A stretch of DNA of 39,311 nucleotides. Origin: Elusimicrobiota bacterium. Its GTDB lineage: Bacteria; Elusimicrobiota; Elusimicrobia; 2-01-FULL-59-12. Under the pieces are notes generated by a model. It ran no database searches. It was not told the origin of the DNA and worked only from the letters and a program-made list of their open reading frames with translations. How positions within the stretch are numbered: position 1 is the first letter of the stretch; every line of letters starts with the position of its first letter. Both the position numbers and the translations under genes were made by a program. This document shows, in pieces, positions 19,551 through 28,857 of the stretch. Location of the stretch: assembly GCA_038241515.1 (NCBI GenBank), contig JBBSDO010000003.1, forward strand, positions 1 to 39,311, in the 5' to 3' direction.

Positions 19551-19596
19551 CGCGTTTTTCTCTCGTAAGGTGAGATTATAACCTGCGTCGCACCCG

Positions 19597-20205
19597 TTAT
19601 GGATAAAGCCTAGCGATATCCCAGCTCCCGTCAGGGCTCTTTGTAAATTGGAAGCGGTCGTGCAGCCGGTTTTGGCGTCCTTGCCAAAATTCGAATCGTG
19701 AAGGGTCCAGGCGATAACCCGTCCAATAGGGAGGACGAGGTATCTCTTTGTTTTCAAATTTTCGCGTCATCTCGGCAACGCGCGCGTCCAGAGTCTGGCG
19801 ATCCTTGAGAACAGAGCTTTGATGGGAAGCCCAGGCGCTGACTTGGCTTCCGCGCGGTCTGAGTCGAAAATAGGCGTCAGCTTCGGCCTCAGACACAAGG
19901 GTTGTCGTCCCTTGAATGCGGACCTGCCGCTCGAGAGTTCCCCAGAAAAAGGTGAGCGCCGCCTTGGCACAGGATTCTAGCTCAGCCCCTTTAGCCGATT
20001 GAGTATTGGTGTAGAAAACAAAGCCGCGATCGTTGAATTCCTTTAATAGCACCATACGAGCATCGGGAGACCCCTGCGCGTCTACTGTCGACAAACACAT
20101 CGCCTGGGCAAGTTCCATGCCCAATTCTACGGCGGCGGTCTCAAACCAAGCCGCAAACTGCGCCCTAGGATCCGGCAATAAATCTTTCTCGTCGAGGGAT
20201 CTCAT
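19597..20205 (-). CDS. pdxH: Pyridoxamine 5'-phosphate oxidase
   Basis: ARMVLLK, FYTN..S.KG, ERQVRIQG, SAWAS.QS, EFWQGR.NRLHDR, RLYP. Confidence 0.97.
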   Translation of the reverse strand: MRSLDEKDLLPDPRAQFAAWFETAAVELGMELAQAMCLSTVDAQGSPDARMVLLKEFNDRGFVFYTNTQSAKGAELESCAKAALTFFWGTLERQVRIQGTTTLVSEAEADAYFRLRPRGSQVSAWASHQSSVLKDRQTLDARVAEMTRKFENKEIPRPPYWTGYRLDPSRFEFWQGRQNRLHDRFQFTKSPDGSWDIARLYP

Positions 20206-20285
20206 ACAGTGCTTTAAGCGATTATATCAACCCTGTCCTTGGCCTGTTTTTAATGATTTCTGTCGGAAACGTCGTTCTAAGTGAC

Positions 20286-21116
20286 CTAAATGGATTCGAC
20301 GGAGGAGGTAGGAACCCAGCCTTTGAGGCCTTCTTGAGGGACGCCGATTTCTACCCAGCCAGTGACAGGTTCTTGCTCATCGAGGAACACGATTCGGCGG
20401 CCTTCAGGGATCGTAAAGTTGGCGGGATAGGTCAGGTTGGGGCCGCTGCGCACATCCGCCACGGGTGTGATAATGACCCCTTCGGATTTTTCCGCGACGT
20501 AAATCCGTCCAGCAAGCCAGATAGATACCAGTCCAAAAACCACTCCTAGCGCATAGGCCCGGTTCAGACGAAGGACGGGGCGACCCAAGAAATAGGCGAT
20601 ACTGGCCCCGCAAAGCACGATTAACATGAGCGACACGCTGATCGTGAGTGCGTTGAGCGAGACGAGAAAGAAAAATCGCCAGCCCACGGCAGCAATGCCG
20701 CTCGCCGGAACGAGCGGGTCGCCCGCTTTGGTCGTCGCTAAATTGAAGTTGTAAATCACATCCCCTTGCCCCGAGTTCAATCGGAATGCCCGCCCATAAT
20801 TCACGATTGCCTTCCCCAGCTGATTGGCCTTGTAATAGGCATTGCCCAAGTTAAATTCGACAGCCCAATGCCGCAGTCCTTTGGCGCGAGCCGACTCGTA
20901 GAGCGTGATGGCTTGGGAGAAATCCCCCTTCGTATACGCCGCGTTTCCTTGCTTGAAGATGTCTTGTGGCGTTTCCGCATGCGCAAAACAGAAACTGAGA
21001 ACGACGAACTGCAAACTGAGAATGACGCGCTTAAGAAGCCTCTTCAAGGAAATAGTGTTTGGTTCGCCGTTCACAGTTCCCAGTTCGCAGTTCATTGTTT
21101 CAGTTAATCTTTCCAT
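20286..21116 (-). CDS. batE: BatE-like TPR + TM + SH3 protein
   Basis: TPR (FNLGNAYYK..QLGKAIVNY), two TMs, VRSGP SH3-like C-terminus; last gene of the Bat cluster. Confidence 0.8.
   Translation of the reverse strand: MERLTETMNCELGTVNGEPNTISLKRLLKRVILSLQFVVLSFCFAHAETPQDIFKQGNAAYTKGDFSQAITLYESARAKGLRHWAVEFNLGNAYYKANQLGKAIVNYGRAFRLNSGQGDVIYNFNLATTKAGDPLVPASGIAAVGWRFFFLVSLNALTISVSLMLIVLCGASIAYFLGRPVLRLNRAYALGVVFGLVSIWLAGRIYVAEKSEGVIITPVADVRSGPNLTYPANFTIPEGRRIVFLDEQEPVTGWVEIGVPQEGLKGWVPTSSVESI
20991..21103. repeat. Degenerate heptamer (GAACTG.)n / (.CAGTTC)n palindrome in the batE 5' end
   Basis: aaactgagaacgacgaactgcaaactgagaa ... gttcgccgttcacagttcccagttcgcagttc. Confidence 0.7.
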
Positions 21117-22987
21117 AGGACGTCCTTTTCCACTACATCTAAAAGATGTCGGAAGGTCAAAATCGATTTTCGCACTTCCTCCGGTCGAACCTGCGTGGGG
21201 GCAAATTGAAAGAGATCAAAGGTTTCCCAAAGCGCGCGGACCTTTTCCGTATCGTGAGAATGCAGGCCGCGAGCGCGCAGTTTCTCAAGAGCCAGCTTAA
21301 GCGATAGCTCCGATTCCGGGGTGACTAATTTTGCAGCCAGATAGGCATGCAGCGCGTGGCCTAAGGTTTCTGACGATTTTTTTATGTCTGACCTCCCCAA
21401 ATCGCCGTCAGCGCTGAGCATGAGTTTCTCGGTTTCTTCGCGCGCTTGTTCGAAACGGGCAAGGGCGGTATTGGAAAGGAAGAATAGAGAATAGAGGCGG
21501 TAAAGGGCGGCCGCGATGACTCCGAACAAGAAAAGTGCGTTAAAAATTTGAAAAAGACGGCTCTTGTAAAGCGGCCCCCCCTGAGCGGAGAGTTGGGAAG
21601 GTGTGCGAATGTAACGAATATCTTCGCCGAGAAGCCGAATCCCAGGCGTTGACGATGGGGCAGAACTGTAGGGAGCGGCCGGGGCGGCTCCTCCGGGGCC
21701 GGCAGGGCTGACGTGGACAGTCAGCGGACGCGAAGCAATGGTTTTATACGCGTGTGCATCCGAATCAAAAAAGACAAAATAAACCGCCGGAATTTGCAGA
21801 TCCCCAGAAGCCGTTGGAATCAAGACGGTTTTAAAAACTTTCGAGCCTTGGACCTGGCCATCCTTCTTTTCAATGTTTGTGGCCGCATTGGGATCAAAAG
21901 TTCGCACGTTCGGAAGCGGCGGAAGGGGCAGATCCGGCAGCGATTTGATGTTTCCCCGTCCGGCCACCGTGATGCTCAGAGTCAGCGGCTGCCCGACCAT
22001 CGTATGATCCTTATCCAGATTGGCGACGATCGTATAGTGGCCCACCGCCCCTTTGAAGTTAGCCGGTTTGGGATCCGGTAGAGGTTTGACACGAATAGCG
22101 ACCGGGTCGGTCCGCAGCACTTTTTCTTCCCCTCGACCGAAAAAACTGGCAAAAAAGTCGTCGCTGAAGGGATCGGTTCCAATATTCTCGATACTGACAC
22201 TCAAAGTCGCGGGACCGATGGTCGCCTTGCCCTGCCCTGTGGGAAACAAGGCCGTCCTGACTTCCGTGACATTGTAGGGAACTCCTTTCACGGTGGTCTG
22301 ATAGTTGCGCTGCGGCGGGAGATCCTCGGCCCAAAATCCGGAGGTCTGCGGCGGCTGATAGTTGGGCTGGCGCAGCAGCCTTACCCGGTTGAATAGGCGA
22401 AACGAATAGGTTAAGGGTTCGCCCACATAAACCGAGGATTTATCAGCGCTGCCTGTAATAAAGAGTGCCGTCGACCCCCTGCCCGTCTGCGCGCGTTCCC
22501 CCGGCTGTTTTTGCGGAGCGGGTAAGGCATTCGCCTCGCCTTTAACCACGTCGAGCGATAAAGGTTGAGTCTCTGCCGCCTGTCCCGCAATTTTGATCGG
22601 AGGAATTGTAAAGTGCCCTTCTTTCAAAGCCAGGAGTGCGAAGTTATAGGTCACGCTCGCCGAAGCTTGCCCATTGACCCACGTAAAATTCTGCGACCGG
22701 CCGGCGTTGGAGATTTGAAAGTCCTGAAACGTCGGGAGTTGAGGTTCTGGCAAGTTTCCCGAACCCGAGATCGTCACACTCAGACTCGCTTGCTCGTTCA
22801 ACGCCACCTGCTGGCGGTCGAGGCTGGCTGAAATTTGAACGTCAGCGGCATACAGAAGGGCAAAAGGCAAAAGGCAAAAGGCAAAGGGCAAAACTCTTAC
22901 GGTGTTCTTAATGAATAAACCGCAGGAGCTTTGCCTTTTGCCCTTTGCCTTTTGCACTTTGATTTTCCGTAATCTACCAATCTTCAT
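21104..22987 (-). CDS. batD: BatD family protein
   Basis: Three BatD beta domains (YVGEPL, FKGAVG, G.GNI), C-terminal TM. Start set at ATG 22987, overlapping batC. Confidence 0.88.
   Translation of the reverse strand: MKIGRLRKIKVQKAKGKRQSSCGLFIKNTVRVLPFAFCLLPFALLYAADVQISASLDRQQVALNEQASLSVTISGSGNLPEPQLPTFQDFQISNAGRSQNFTWVNGQASASVTYNFALLALKEGHFTIPPIKIAGQAAETQPLSLDVVKGEANALPAPQKQPGERAQTGRGSTALFITGSADKSSVYVGEPLTYSFRLFNRVRLLRQPNYQPPQTSGFWAEDLPPQRNYQTTVKGVPYNVTEVRTALFPTGQGKATIGPATLSVSIENIGTDPFSDDFFASFFGRGEEKVLRTDPVAIRVKPLPDPKPANFKGAVGHYTIVANLDKDHTMVGQPLTLSITVAGRGNIKSLPDLPLPPLPNVRTFDPNAATNIEKKDGQVQGSKVFKTVLIPTASGDLQIPAVYFVFFDSDAHAYKTIASRPLTVHVSPAGPGGAAPAAPYSSAPSSTPGIRLLGEDIRYIRTPSQLSAQGGPLYKSRLFQIFNALFLFGVIAAALYRLYSLFFLSNTALARFEQAREETEKLMLSADGDLGRSDIKKSSETLGHALHAYLAAKLVTPESELSLKLALEKLRARGLHSHDTEKVRALWETFDLFQFAPTQVRPEEVRKSILTFRHLLDVVEKDVLWKD
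22857..22967. repeat. (GGCAAAA)n/(TTTTGCC)n heptamer palindrome in the batD 5' end
   Basis: ggcaaaa x5 ... ctttgcc-ttttgcc-ctttgcc-ttttgca. Confidence 0.88.
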
Positions 22988-23648
22988 CAGGATGGGGTAC
23001 ATCTGCCTTGGGATATTTTTGATTTGATTTTTTCAGCTCGCCGGACTTTGCCGCCGACAAAAGACGTTCGGCATCTTCTTTACTCATCTGTCCCGGTTTC
23101 GGCCCTTGCTGGCCCGCGCTCTCTTTTTGCTCGTCGGGTTTTCCTTTTCCTCCGCCATTTTTCTGTTTGTCGTCCTGGCCGCCCGACTTCGGTTTTGCTT
23201 TCGGGGGACTGGCTTTCATTCGCAGCGCAACGCTCAAATTATACTTTGCGTCTTCGTCGCTGGGGTTAACTCGGAGGCTTTCTTTATACGCTTCGATCGC
23301 ACCGTTCCAATCGTTTTGACGATAAATGGCGTTTCCCCGGTTATAGTGAGACGCGCTTTTTAGCTTTAGGTTTGCCGACTGCGCCGCTTCTTCGAACTCC
23401 TTCTGGGCCTTGGAGAAATCCCCCATTTGATAAGCGGCATCGCCCGCATTAAAGTGCAATCCGCTCGAATGCGGTTGATCGACTATGGCATCGTTGTAGT
23501 CTTTTAAAGCCTCTTCGTAATGGCCACCGTAAAACAGGCGGTTCGCTTTTTTAAGTTGGGAAAGAGAAGCCTGGGCGGGTGTGGTGATCACAACAACGAG
23601 GTACACCAGCCAAAAATTCCTCGCCCCCTTAAGGAGAAAACGACTCAT
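22974..23648 (-). CDS. batC: BatC-like TPR protein
   Basis: TPRs (YNRGNAIY...AIEAYKESLRVNP.DEDAKYNL), K/Q-rich linker, MSKEDAERLL, terminal DW. ATGA overlap with batB. Confidence 0.85.
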   Translation of the reverse strand: MSRFLLKGARNFWLVYLVVVITTPAQASLSQLKKANRLFYGGHYEEALKDYNDAIVDQPHSSGLHFNAGDAAYQMGDFSKAQKEFEEAAQSANLKLKSASHYNRGNAIYRQNDWNGAIEAYKESLRVNPSDEDAKYNLSVALRMKASPPKAKPKSGGQDDKQKNGGGKGKPDEQKESAGQQGPKPGQMSKEDAERLLSAAKSGELKKSNQKYPKADVPHPDEDW

Positions 23649-24655
23649 ATCTTCTTCCACCCCATTTCCGGGATCGCCAGACTGATGAGAAAGAGAACGA
23701 TCCCGGCGGCGAGTGGCCATTGAAAGCGGTTTTCATAGCGATTAAAGAGTTTGGCTTTCTGATCGCCTTGCTGGAGATTTTCGAGAGCCTTCCCGATAGA
23801 CTCCACTTCATCGCCGCTTACGCTTGCGGGGAAATACTCACCACCGGTATCATGAGCAATTTGAATAAGCGTTTGGGGGTCCATTCGGCTCATGACGATC
23901 TCCCCTTTTTTGTCCCTTTTAAAGCCCGTGCGATGTCCCTGTTCGTCAAAGGTAGGAATGGGCTCCCCCTGGGACGTTCCTATACCGATCGTATAGACCT
24001 TGAGGCCGACCTTCGCGGCCTCTTTGGCGGCTCCCGCAGGATCGCTGTGGTGGTCCTCACCGTCTGTGAGCAAGATGAGTACTCGCCCGCCGCCTTCGCC
24101 CGCATTCATCCGTTTCGCCGCCACGCGAATGGCTTCGCCAATCACCGTGCCCGGGATGGGAACAGATCCCACGTCGATAGATTCCAGGGTTTCCTTGGCG
24201 GCGTTTTGGTCGATGGTGAGCGGGCATTCCACATAGGCCTGACCGGCAAAGGCAATGATGCCAATTCGGCTTCCCGCCATCCTGTCGATGAGCTGTTGAA
24301 GGAGTAGTTTCGCATGGGCCATCCGGTTGGGTTTAAGATCTTCCGCCTGCATGGAAAGAGAGCAATCAATGGCGATGAAAACATCAAGACCGCGCTGCTT
24401 GAACTCTACGAGCTTCGATCCAATTAGCGGCCCCACTAAGGCGAGGACAAATAACACAGCCGCCATCACGCGAAGTTCAAAAATCCACCAGCGACGACGC
24501 GACAAGTGGACTGGGAGCATGCGGTTCACCGTGGAGTAATGTCCCAACTTGCTCAAAGCCTTGCGGCGCGCCTGAGCGGTGAGTAAGCCCAGCAGAAAGA
24601 TCGCTGCCGGCACGACGAGCCACCCCCACATTTCTGGATAAGCGAAGAAGGTCAT
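23645..24655 (-). CDS. batB: BatB-like VWA protein
   Basis: DCSLSM MIDAS, FAG.A...CPLT.D, LLTDGEDH. Confidence 0.88.
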   Translation of the reverse strand: MTFFAYPEMWGWLVVPAAIFLLGLLTAQARRKALSKLGHYSTVNRMLPVHLSRRRWWIFELRVMAAVLFVLALVGPLIGSKLVEFKQRGLDVFIAIDCSLSMQAEDLKPNRMAHAKLLLQQLIDRMAGSRIGIIAFAGQAYVECPLTIDQNAAKETLESIDVGSVPIPGTVIGEAIRVAAKRMNAGEGGGRVLILLTDGEDHHSDPAGAAKEAAKVGLKVYTIGIGTSQGEPIPTFDEQGHRTGFKRDKKGEIVMSRMDPQTLIQIAHDTGGEYFPASVSGDEVESIGKALENLQQGDQKAKLFNRYENRFQWPLAAGIVLFLISLAIPEMGWKKI

Positions 24656-24695
24656 AGGTGTTTTTTACGTCCTCATCCTTTTGGATTTAAAATTC

Positions 24696-24768
24696 ATTCC
24701 TCTACCACGGGGAGAGGATGTTCGTGAGGATAGGCCCCTCACCTAGCCTCTCCCTTTGGGAGAGGAAT
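24696..24768. repeat. REP-like inverted pair, same family as 562-646
   Basis: attcctctaccacggggagagg...tgagg / cccctcacctagcctctccctttgggagaggaat. Confidence 0.75.
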
Positions 24769-24772
24769 AAGA

Positions 24773-25762
24773 CTATGGCACCGTCCTCAACAGCGTCGTT
24801 TCTAAAAGCAGCCCCGCCGAGATCAGCGTCATCGCGGCGAGCAGCCAACCCAGATAGCGATCCTTGTATTCCTGGGGAGCGGGCCCTTTGAGTTCGGTTT
24901 TTTCTAAATGATCAATTTCCGCGTAAATCTGATCAAACTCCTTTGTGCTCGTGGCGCGGAAGTAGCGGCCGTTTGTGGAACGCGCTATTTCCTCAAGCGC
25001 CGGTTCGTCCAGATCCTCTTGTATCGGCACGAGCTGTTTGCCGAACACGGAGTCGACCGGGATGACGGATTGCCCTCTAATTCCCACGCCGATGGCGTAA
25101 ATCTTGATACTCAAGGCCTCAGCAGCTTTGGCGGCCGTCAAAGGATCAATTTCGCCGGAATTGTTGCGCCCGTCCGTGACGAGAATGATGACCTTGCTCT
25201 TCGCATTACTCTTCTTCAGATGGTTGACGGCGGCGGCGAGCGCCGTCCCAATGGCGGTATTCTCCGTGGTTGTAATCCCGACTTCCACTTGGTCCAGAAA
25301 ATCGAGCAGGGCCCCATAATCAAGCGTTAAGGGACACTGGAGAATGGCCACCCCCGCGAAAGCAATGAGTCCGATCCGATCGTATTGCCGGTGCGCGATG
25401 AAGGTCTTTGCCGCTTTTTTTGCGGCCGCCATGCGATCTAGCGGATTGAAGTCCAGTGCTCGCATGCTCCCGGAGGTATCGAGGGCGACCATAATGTCAA
25501 TACCGCGTGACTTGGCTTCCTCGCCTTTAAGGAGCGATCGTGGACGTGCCAAAGCAATGAAGGCAAGGGCTAACCCACTTAGGAGAAGCGCAAGGGGCAG
25601 CCAAGAGAACTCGCCGCGCCAGCTAACCGGCAACGAACTCAAGATCCGCTTATCCGGAAAAGGGAGTCGCGCGCGATAGCGCCGGTCGAAATAGTATCGG
25701 ACCCCCGCGAGAAGGGCCAGGAATGTGAGTAAGAACAGCGCCATGGGATCAGCAAAGTGCAT
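24773..25762 (-). CDS. batA: BatA-like VWA protein
   Basis: ALARP, DTSGSM MIDAS, DRIGLIAF, TAIG, VTDGRNNSG, GRYFRA, IDHLEKT. Confidence 0.9.
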   Translation of the reverse strand: MHFADPMALFLLTFLALLAGVRYYFDRRYRARLPFPDKRILSSLPVSWRGEFSWLPLALLLSGLALAFIALARPRSLLKGEEAKSRGIDIMVALDTSGSMRALDFNPLDRMAAAKKAAKTFIAHRQYDRIGLIAFAGVAILQCPLTLDYGALLDFLDQVEVGITTTENTAIGTALAAAVNHLKKSNAKSKVIILVTDGRNNSGEIDPLTAAKAAEALSIKIYAIGVGIRGQSVIPVDSVFGKQLVPIQEDLDEPALEEIARSTNGRYFRATSTKEFDQIYAEIDHLEKTELKGPAPQEYKDRYLGWLLAAMTLISAGLLLETTLLRTVP

Positions 25763-25773
25763 GGAAACTCTTC

Positions 25774-26718
25774 TCAATCAGCATTTTTGTTCTTTTCGTC
25801 TTCACTTTTAAACGCGCTTCGGGTCTGTTCAACAATTTGCACGGCCGTCTTATGAACCTGCAGCGCTTCGGCAGGTTCGGGACGAAATTTGGCGAACTTC
25901 ACGAGATCGCACTCCTCGAGCAGTTCTTTGATCACCGGCAGCTGGGCCTGATCCAGCTTGGCCACTTTGCGTAAATCGCGCATCAATTCGGTGGTCGTTC
26001 GCTCGAGGGCAGGGCAATTGAAACCCTTTTCGAGGTACTCCCTGACGGTATCGGAAATCCCGCTATAAAATTCCTTGAGCCGTCCCCCTTCAATCCAGCC
26101 CGTCGCCAAGAGCTGTTGCAATTTTTTCAAAGCTAATTCATCAGCGGGAACGGGCGGTGGGGGAGGCGGCCCATGAATCACTCTTTGACGTTTGGACCAC
26201 GCCGCGGCCGCCACTCCGGCCATTAAGACCGCCAGGAGCAACCACCACCAGGGAGAAAGCGCTACCGGTCCAATCACACCCTTGATGCCGCGAATATCCC
26301 CTTTGTCTTTGGGACCCGGGGGAATTTCTTGAAGAGTCACCTTAAGCTCAGGGGTTTTCACAACATGCGCCTTTCCCTGCAAATCCTTGTAATTGAGTTC
26401 TAGACCCGGCAGCACTTGTTGCCCGGTCGTAAAATTTTGGAGCTGCGCTTGGAAAACATCCGTCTGGTTTGGTCCCGCTACTTGCGTCGGAAGTCGAGTA
26501 CTCGCATACACTTCGAAAGTGCCTAAATTCTTTTGGAAACTGGGAGGCTGGATCGTATAAGCGTTGGGATGGGTGACCCGAATGGAGAGTGTGACCAAAT
26601 CTCCCAGCTTCGCCGTGCCGGGGTCTATTTGTGCCTGAACGCTGGGGGCAGCGTTAAAGTTTTCCTCCCCCCCGGCGGTGGAGGACTGAAGTGGGGGATT
26701 ACCGGGATCGTTTGACAC
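25774..26718 (-). CDS. Bat-operon membrane protein (beta domain + TM + helical domain)
   Basis: DIRGIKG, TM, REYLE...ALERTT.E...CDLVKFAK pattern typical of the gene between DUF58 and batA. Confidence 0.8.
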   Translation of the reverse strand: MSNDPGNPPLQSSTAGGEENFNAAPSVQAQIDPGTAKLGDLVTLSIRVTHPNAYTIQPPSFQKNLGTFEVYASTRLPTQVAGPNQTDVFQAQLQNFTTGQQVLPGLELNYKDLQGKAHVVKTPELKVTLQEIPPGPKDKGDIRGIKGVIGPVALSPWWWLLLAVLMAGVAAAAWSKRQRVIHGPPPPPPVPADELALKKLQQLLATGWIEGGRLKEFYSGISDTVREYLEKGFNCPALERTTTELMRDLRKVAKLDQAQLPVIKELLEECDLVKFAKFRPEPAEALQVHKTAVQIVEQTRSAFKSEDEKNKNAD

Positions 26719-27574
26719 GATTTTGGAAAAAATTCAGCAGAGGATAGACGAAGGACCGATCCGTGCGAAGTCGAATATGGTCAATGCCGTGGCGCCGCAG
26801 AAGCACCTCGAGTGCGCGCTGGCGGGCCTTTGCGTTTTCTTCGAAGGATTTGCGGACGGAGCTGCTGGACGTATCCACCTGGTTGACACTTTCACTTTCG
26901 GCATCAAAGAATTCAACGAGGCCGATTTGGGGGAGAACATATTCTCTGGGATCAATAATTTGAAGCGCGATGAGGTCGTGACGTCGATTGGTGATCGCCA
27001 AGAGTCTTTCGTTGGCGTCATAGAAATCAGAAAGCAGAAAGACGACGGCCTTTCGCTTGAGAACACGATTGAGATAACGCAAAGCCTCATCCATGTTCGT
27101 CGCGCGTCGTTCCGGCGAAAACTCCAGGACATCCCTGACGAGGCGCAGCGTATGGGTGCGTCCTTTTTGCGGCCGAATAAATTTTTCAACATGGTCGGAA
27201 AACAGACAAAGCCCGACTTTATCGCTGTTGCGAATGGCGGAAAAACCCAATACCGCGGCGACTTCGGCGGCGAGCTCCGATTTCCATTTTTGCGCCGTTC
27301 CGAAGCGCATTGAGGCGCTGCCATCGACGACGAGAACGACGGTCATCTCGCGCTCCGCCATAAATTTCTTTATGTACGGCGTCCCCATACGCGCCGTCAC
27401 ATTCCAGTCAATCGAGCGAACCTCGTCCCCCGGAACATATTCCCGGACTTCAGCGAATTCCATACCGAGGCCACGGAAGACGCTTCCGTATTGCCCGGAA
27501 AAGACCTCGTTCACAAGACGCCGCGTCTTGATTTCGAGGCGATGAACCTGCCCAATGAGTTCGCGAGTCAACAT
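26699..27574 (-). CDS. DUF58 family protein
   Basis: FRGLGMEFAEVREYVPGDEVRSIDWNVTAR, DGSASM, LLSDF. Start set at ATG 27574. Confidence 0.92.
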   Translation of the reverse strand: MLTRELIGQVHRLEIKTRRLVNEVFSGQYGSVFRGLGMEFAEVREYVPGDEVRSIDWNVTARMGTPYIKKFMAEREMTVVLVVDGSASMRFGTAQKWKSELAAEVAAVLGFSAIRNSDKVGLCLFSDHVEKFIRPQKGRTHTLRLVRDVLEFSPERRATNMDEALRYLNRVLKRKAVVFLLSDFYDANERLLAITNRRHDLIALQIIDPREYVLPQIGLVEFFDAESESVNQVDTSSSSVRKSFEENAKARQRALEVLLRRHGIDHIRLRTDRSFVYPLLNFFQNRVKRSR

Positions 27575-27607
27575 GAGTGGAGCCCCAACTGGCGGGGAGG
27601 CGGCGGG

Positions 27608-27752
27608 AACGGCGGCCATCGTGAAGGGCGGCCATCGTGAACTGCGGCCAACGGGAGCGGCGGCGAAAGGTAGTCTGTTTTAAAAAGATTACCACTTACC
27701 GCCGTTTCCGTTAGCCGATGTTCCCGATGGCCGCAGTTCACGATGGCCGCCC
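27608..27752. repeat. 16-mer-built (AACGGCGGCCATCGTG) palindromic element, copy 1
   Basis: Tandem 16-mers, AT-rich core ctgttttaaaaag, inverted arm gttcacgatggccgcc. Confidence 0.88.
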
Positions 27753-27766
27753 TTTATTATTCCCAG

Positions 27767-28756
27767 TCACGGAACTTCTACAGCCGCAAACAACTTGTTC
27801 ACAATATCCTCCGACGTCGTGTTTTCGGCTTCCGCTTCGTAGGTGAGGAGGAGCCTGTGCCGCAAGACGTCCGCGCCGATCGATTTGACGTCCTCGGGCG
27901 TCACATACCCGCGTCCCTGCAGAAAGGCGTAGGCCTTAGCCGCCTGAGTCATACAGATGGTCGCGCGGGGCGAGCCCCCATAGGCAATCAGAGGTTTGAG
28001 CGCCTCCAACCGGTACCGTTCGGGATATCGCGAAGCGAAAACAAGGTCAAGGATGTAATTCTTCAGTTTGTCGTCCACGTAAATTTCATTCACTATGGCC
28101 CGGGCGGAGAGGATTTCCTTGGGGGTGATGACAGGCCGGACTTGAATGGATTGGCCGGTGGTCATGCGGTCGAGAATAAGGCGCTCTTCCTCGCGCGTGG
28201 GGTAATTGACCTTCAGCTTCAACATGAACCGATCCACCTGCGCTTCCGGAAGAGGGTAGGTGCCCTCTTGCTCAATGGGGTTTTGCGTGGCTAACACGAG
28301 AAAGGGTTCGTGGAGAGGATAGGTCACATCCCCAATCGTGACTTGGTGTTCCTGCATGGCCTCAAGAAGCGCGCTTTGCACTTTGGACGGGGCCCGGTTG
28401 ATTTCATCCGCCAAGAGGAGATTCGTAAATATCGGACCTTTTTTAATCGTGAACTGGCTGTCTCGGGGGTTGTAAATCATCGTTCCTAGTAAGTCCGCCG
28501 GCAGTAAGTCCGGGGTAAATTGGATGCGCTGGAACTGGGTTTCAATGGAGCGGGCAAGCGTGCGAACCGCGAGGGTTTTCGCGAGTCCCGGCACCCCTTC
28601 CAGCAGCACATGGCCATCCGCTAAAAGACCGACCAGCAGACGTTCGATCAGATAGTCTTGACCAACTATCACTTTGCTGATCTCCTGCTTCAAGCCCTGC
28701 ACAAAAACGCTGGCTTGTTTTACTTTTTCATGAATGACTCGGATACTTTGGTCCAT
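27767..28756 (-). CDS. moxR: MoxR family AAA+ ATPase
   Basis: LEGVPGLAKT, RIQFTPDLLPAD, DEINRAP, ATQNPIEQEGTYPLPEAQ.DRF; AGGAGG RBS. Confidence 0.96.
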   Translation of the reverse strand: MDQSIRVIHEKVKQASVFVQGLKQEISKVIVGQDYLIERLLVGLLADGHVLLEGVPGLAKTLAVRTLARSIETQFQRIQFTPDLLPADLLGTMIYNPRDSQFTIKKGPIFTNLLLADEINRAPSKVQSALLEAMQEHQVTIGDVTYPLHEPFLVLATQNPIEQEGTYPLPEAQVDRFMLKLKVNYPTREEERLILDRMTTGQSIQVRPVITPKEILSARAIVNEIYVDDKLKNYILDLVFASRYPERYRLEALKPLIAYGGSPRATICMTQAAKAYAFLQGRGYVTPEDVKSIGADVLRHRLLLTYEAEAENTTSEDIVNKLFAAVEVP

Positions 28757-28793
28757 CGGTTCCTCCTACGGGCCCTAAGGCTGTTTATAAATT

Positions 28794-28821
28794 TTTATAA
28801 CCAAAAACGGAATTTTGTCAA
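28794..28821 (-). promoter_or_regulatory. Sigma70-type promoter of the moxR-bat operon
   Basis: TTGACA-N16-TATAAA on the minus strand, upstream of the RBS. Confidence 0.6.
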
Positions 28822-28857
28822 GTCTCTGCTTTTTGAGCAGTTTTATATAATGAGCGC

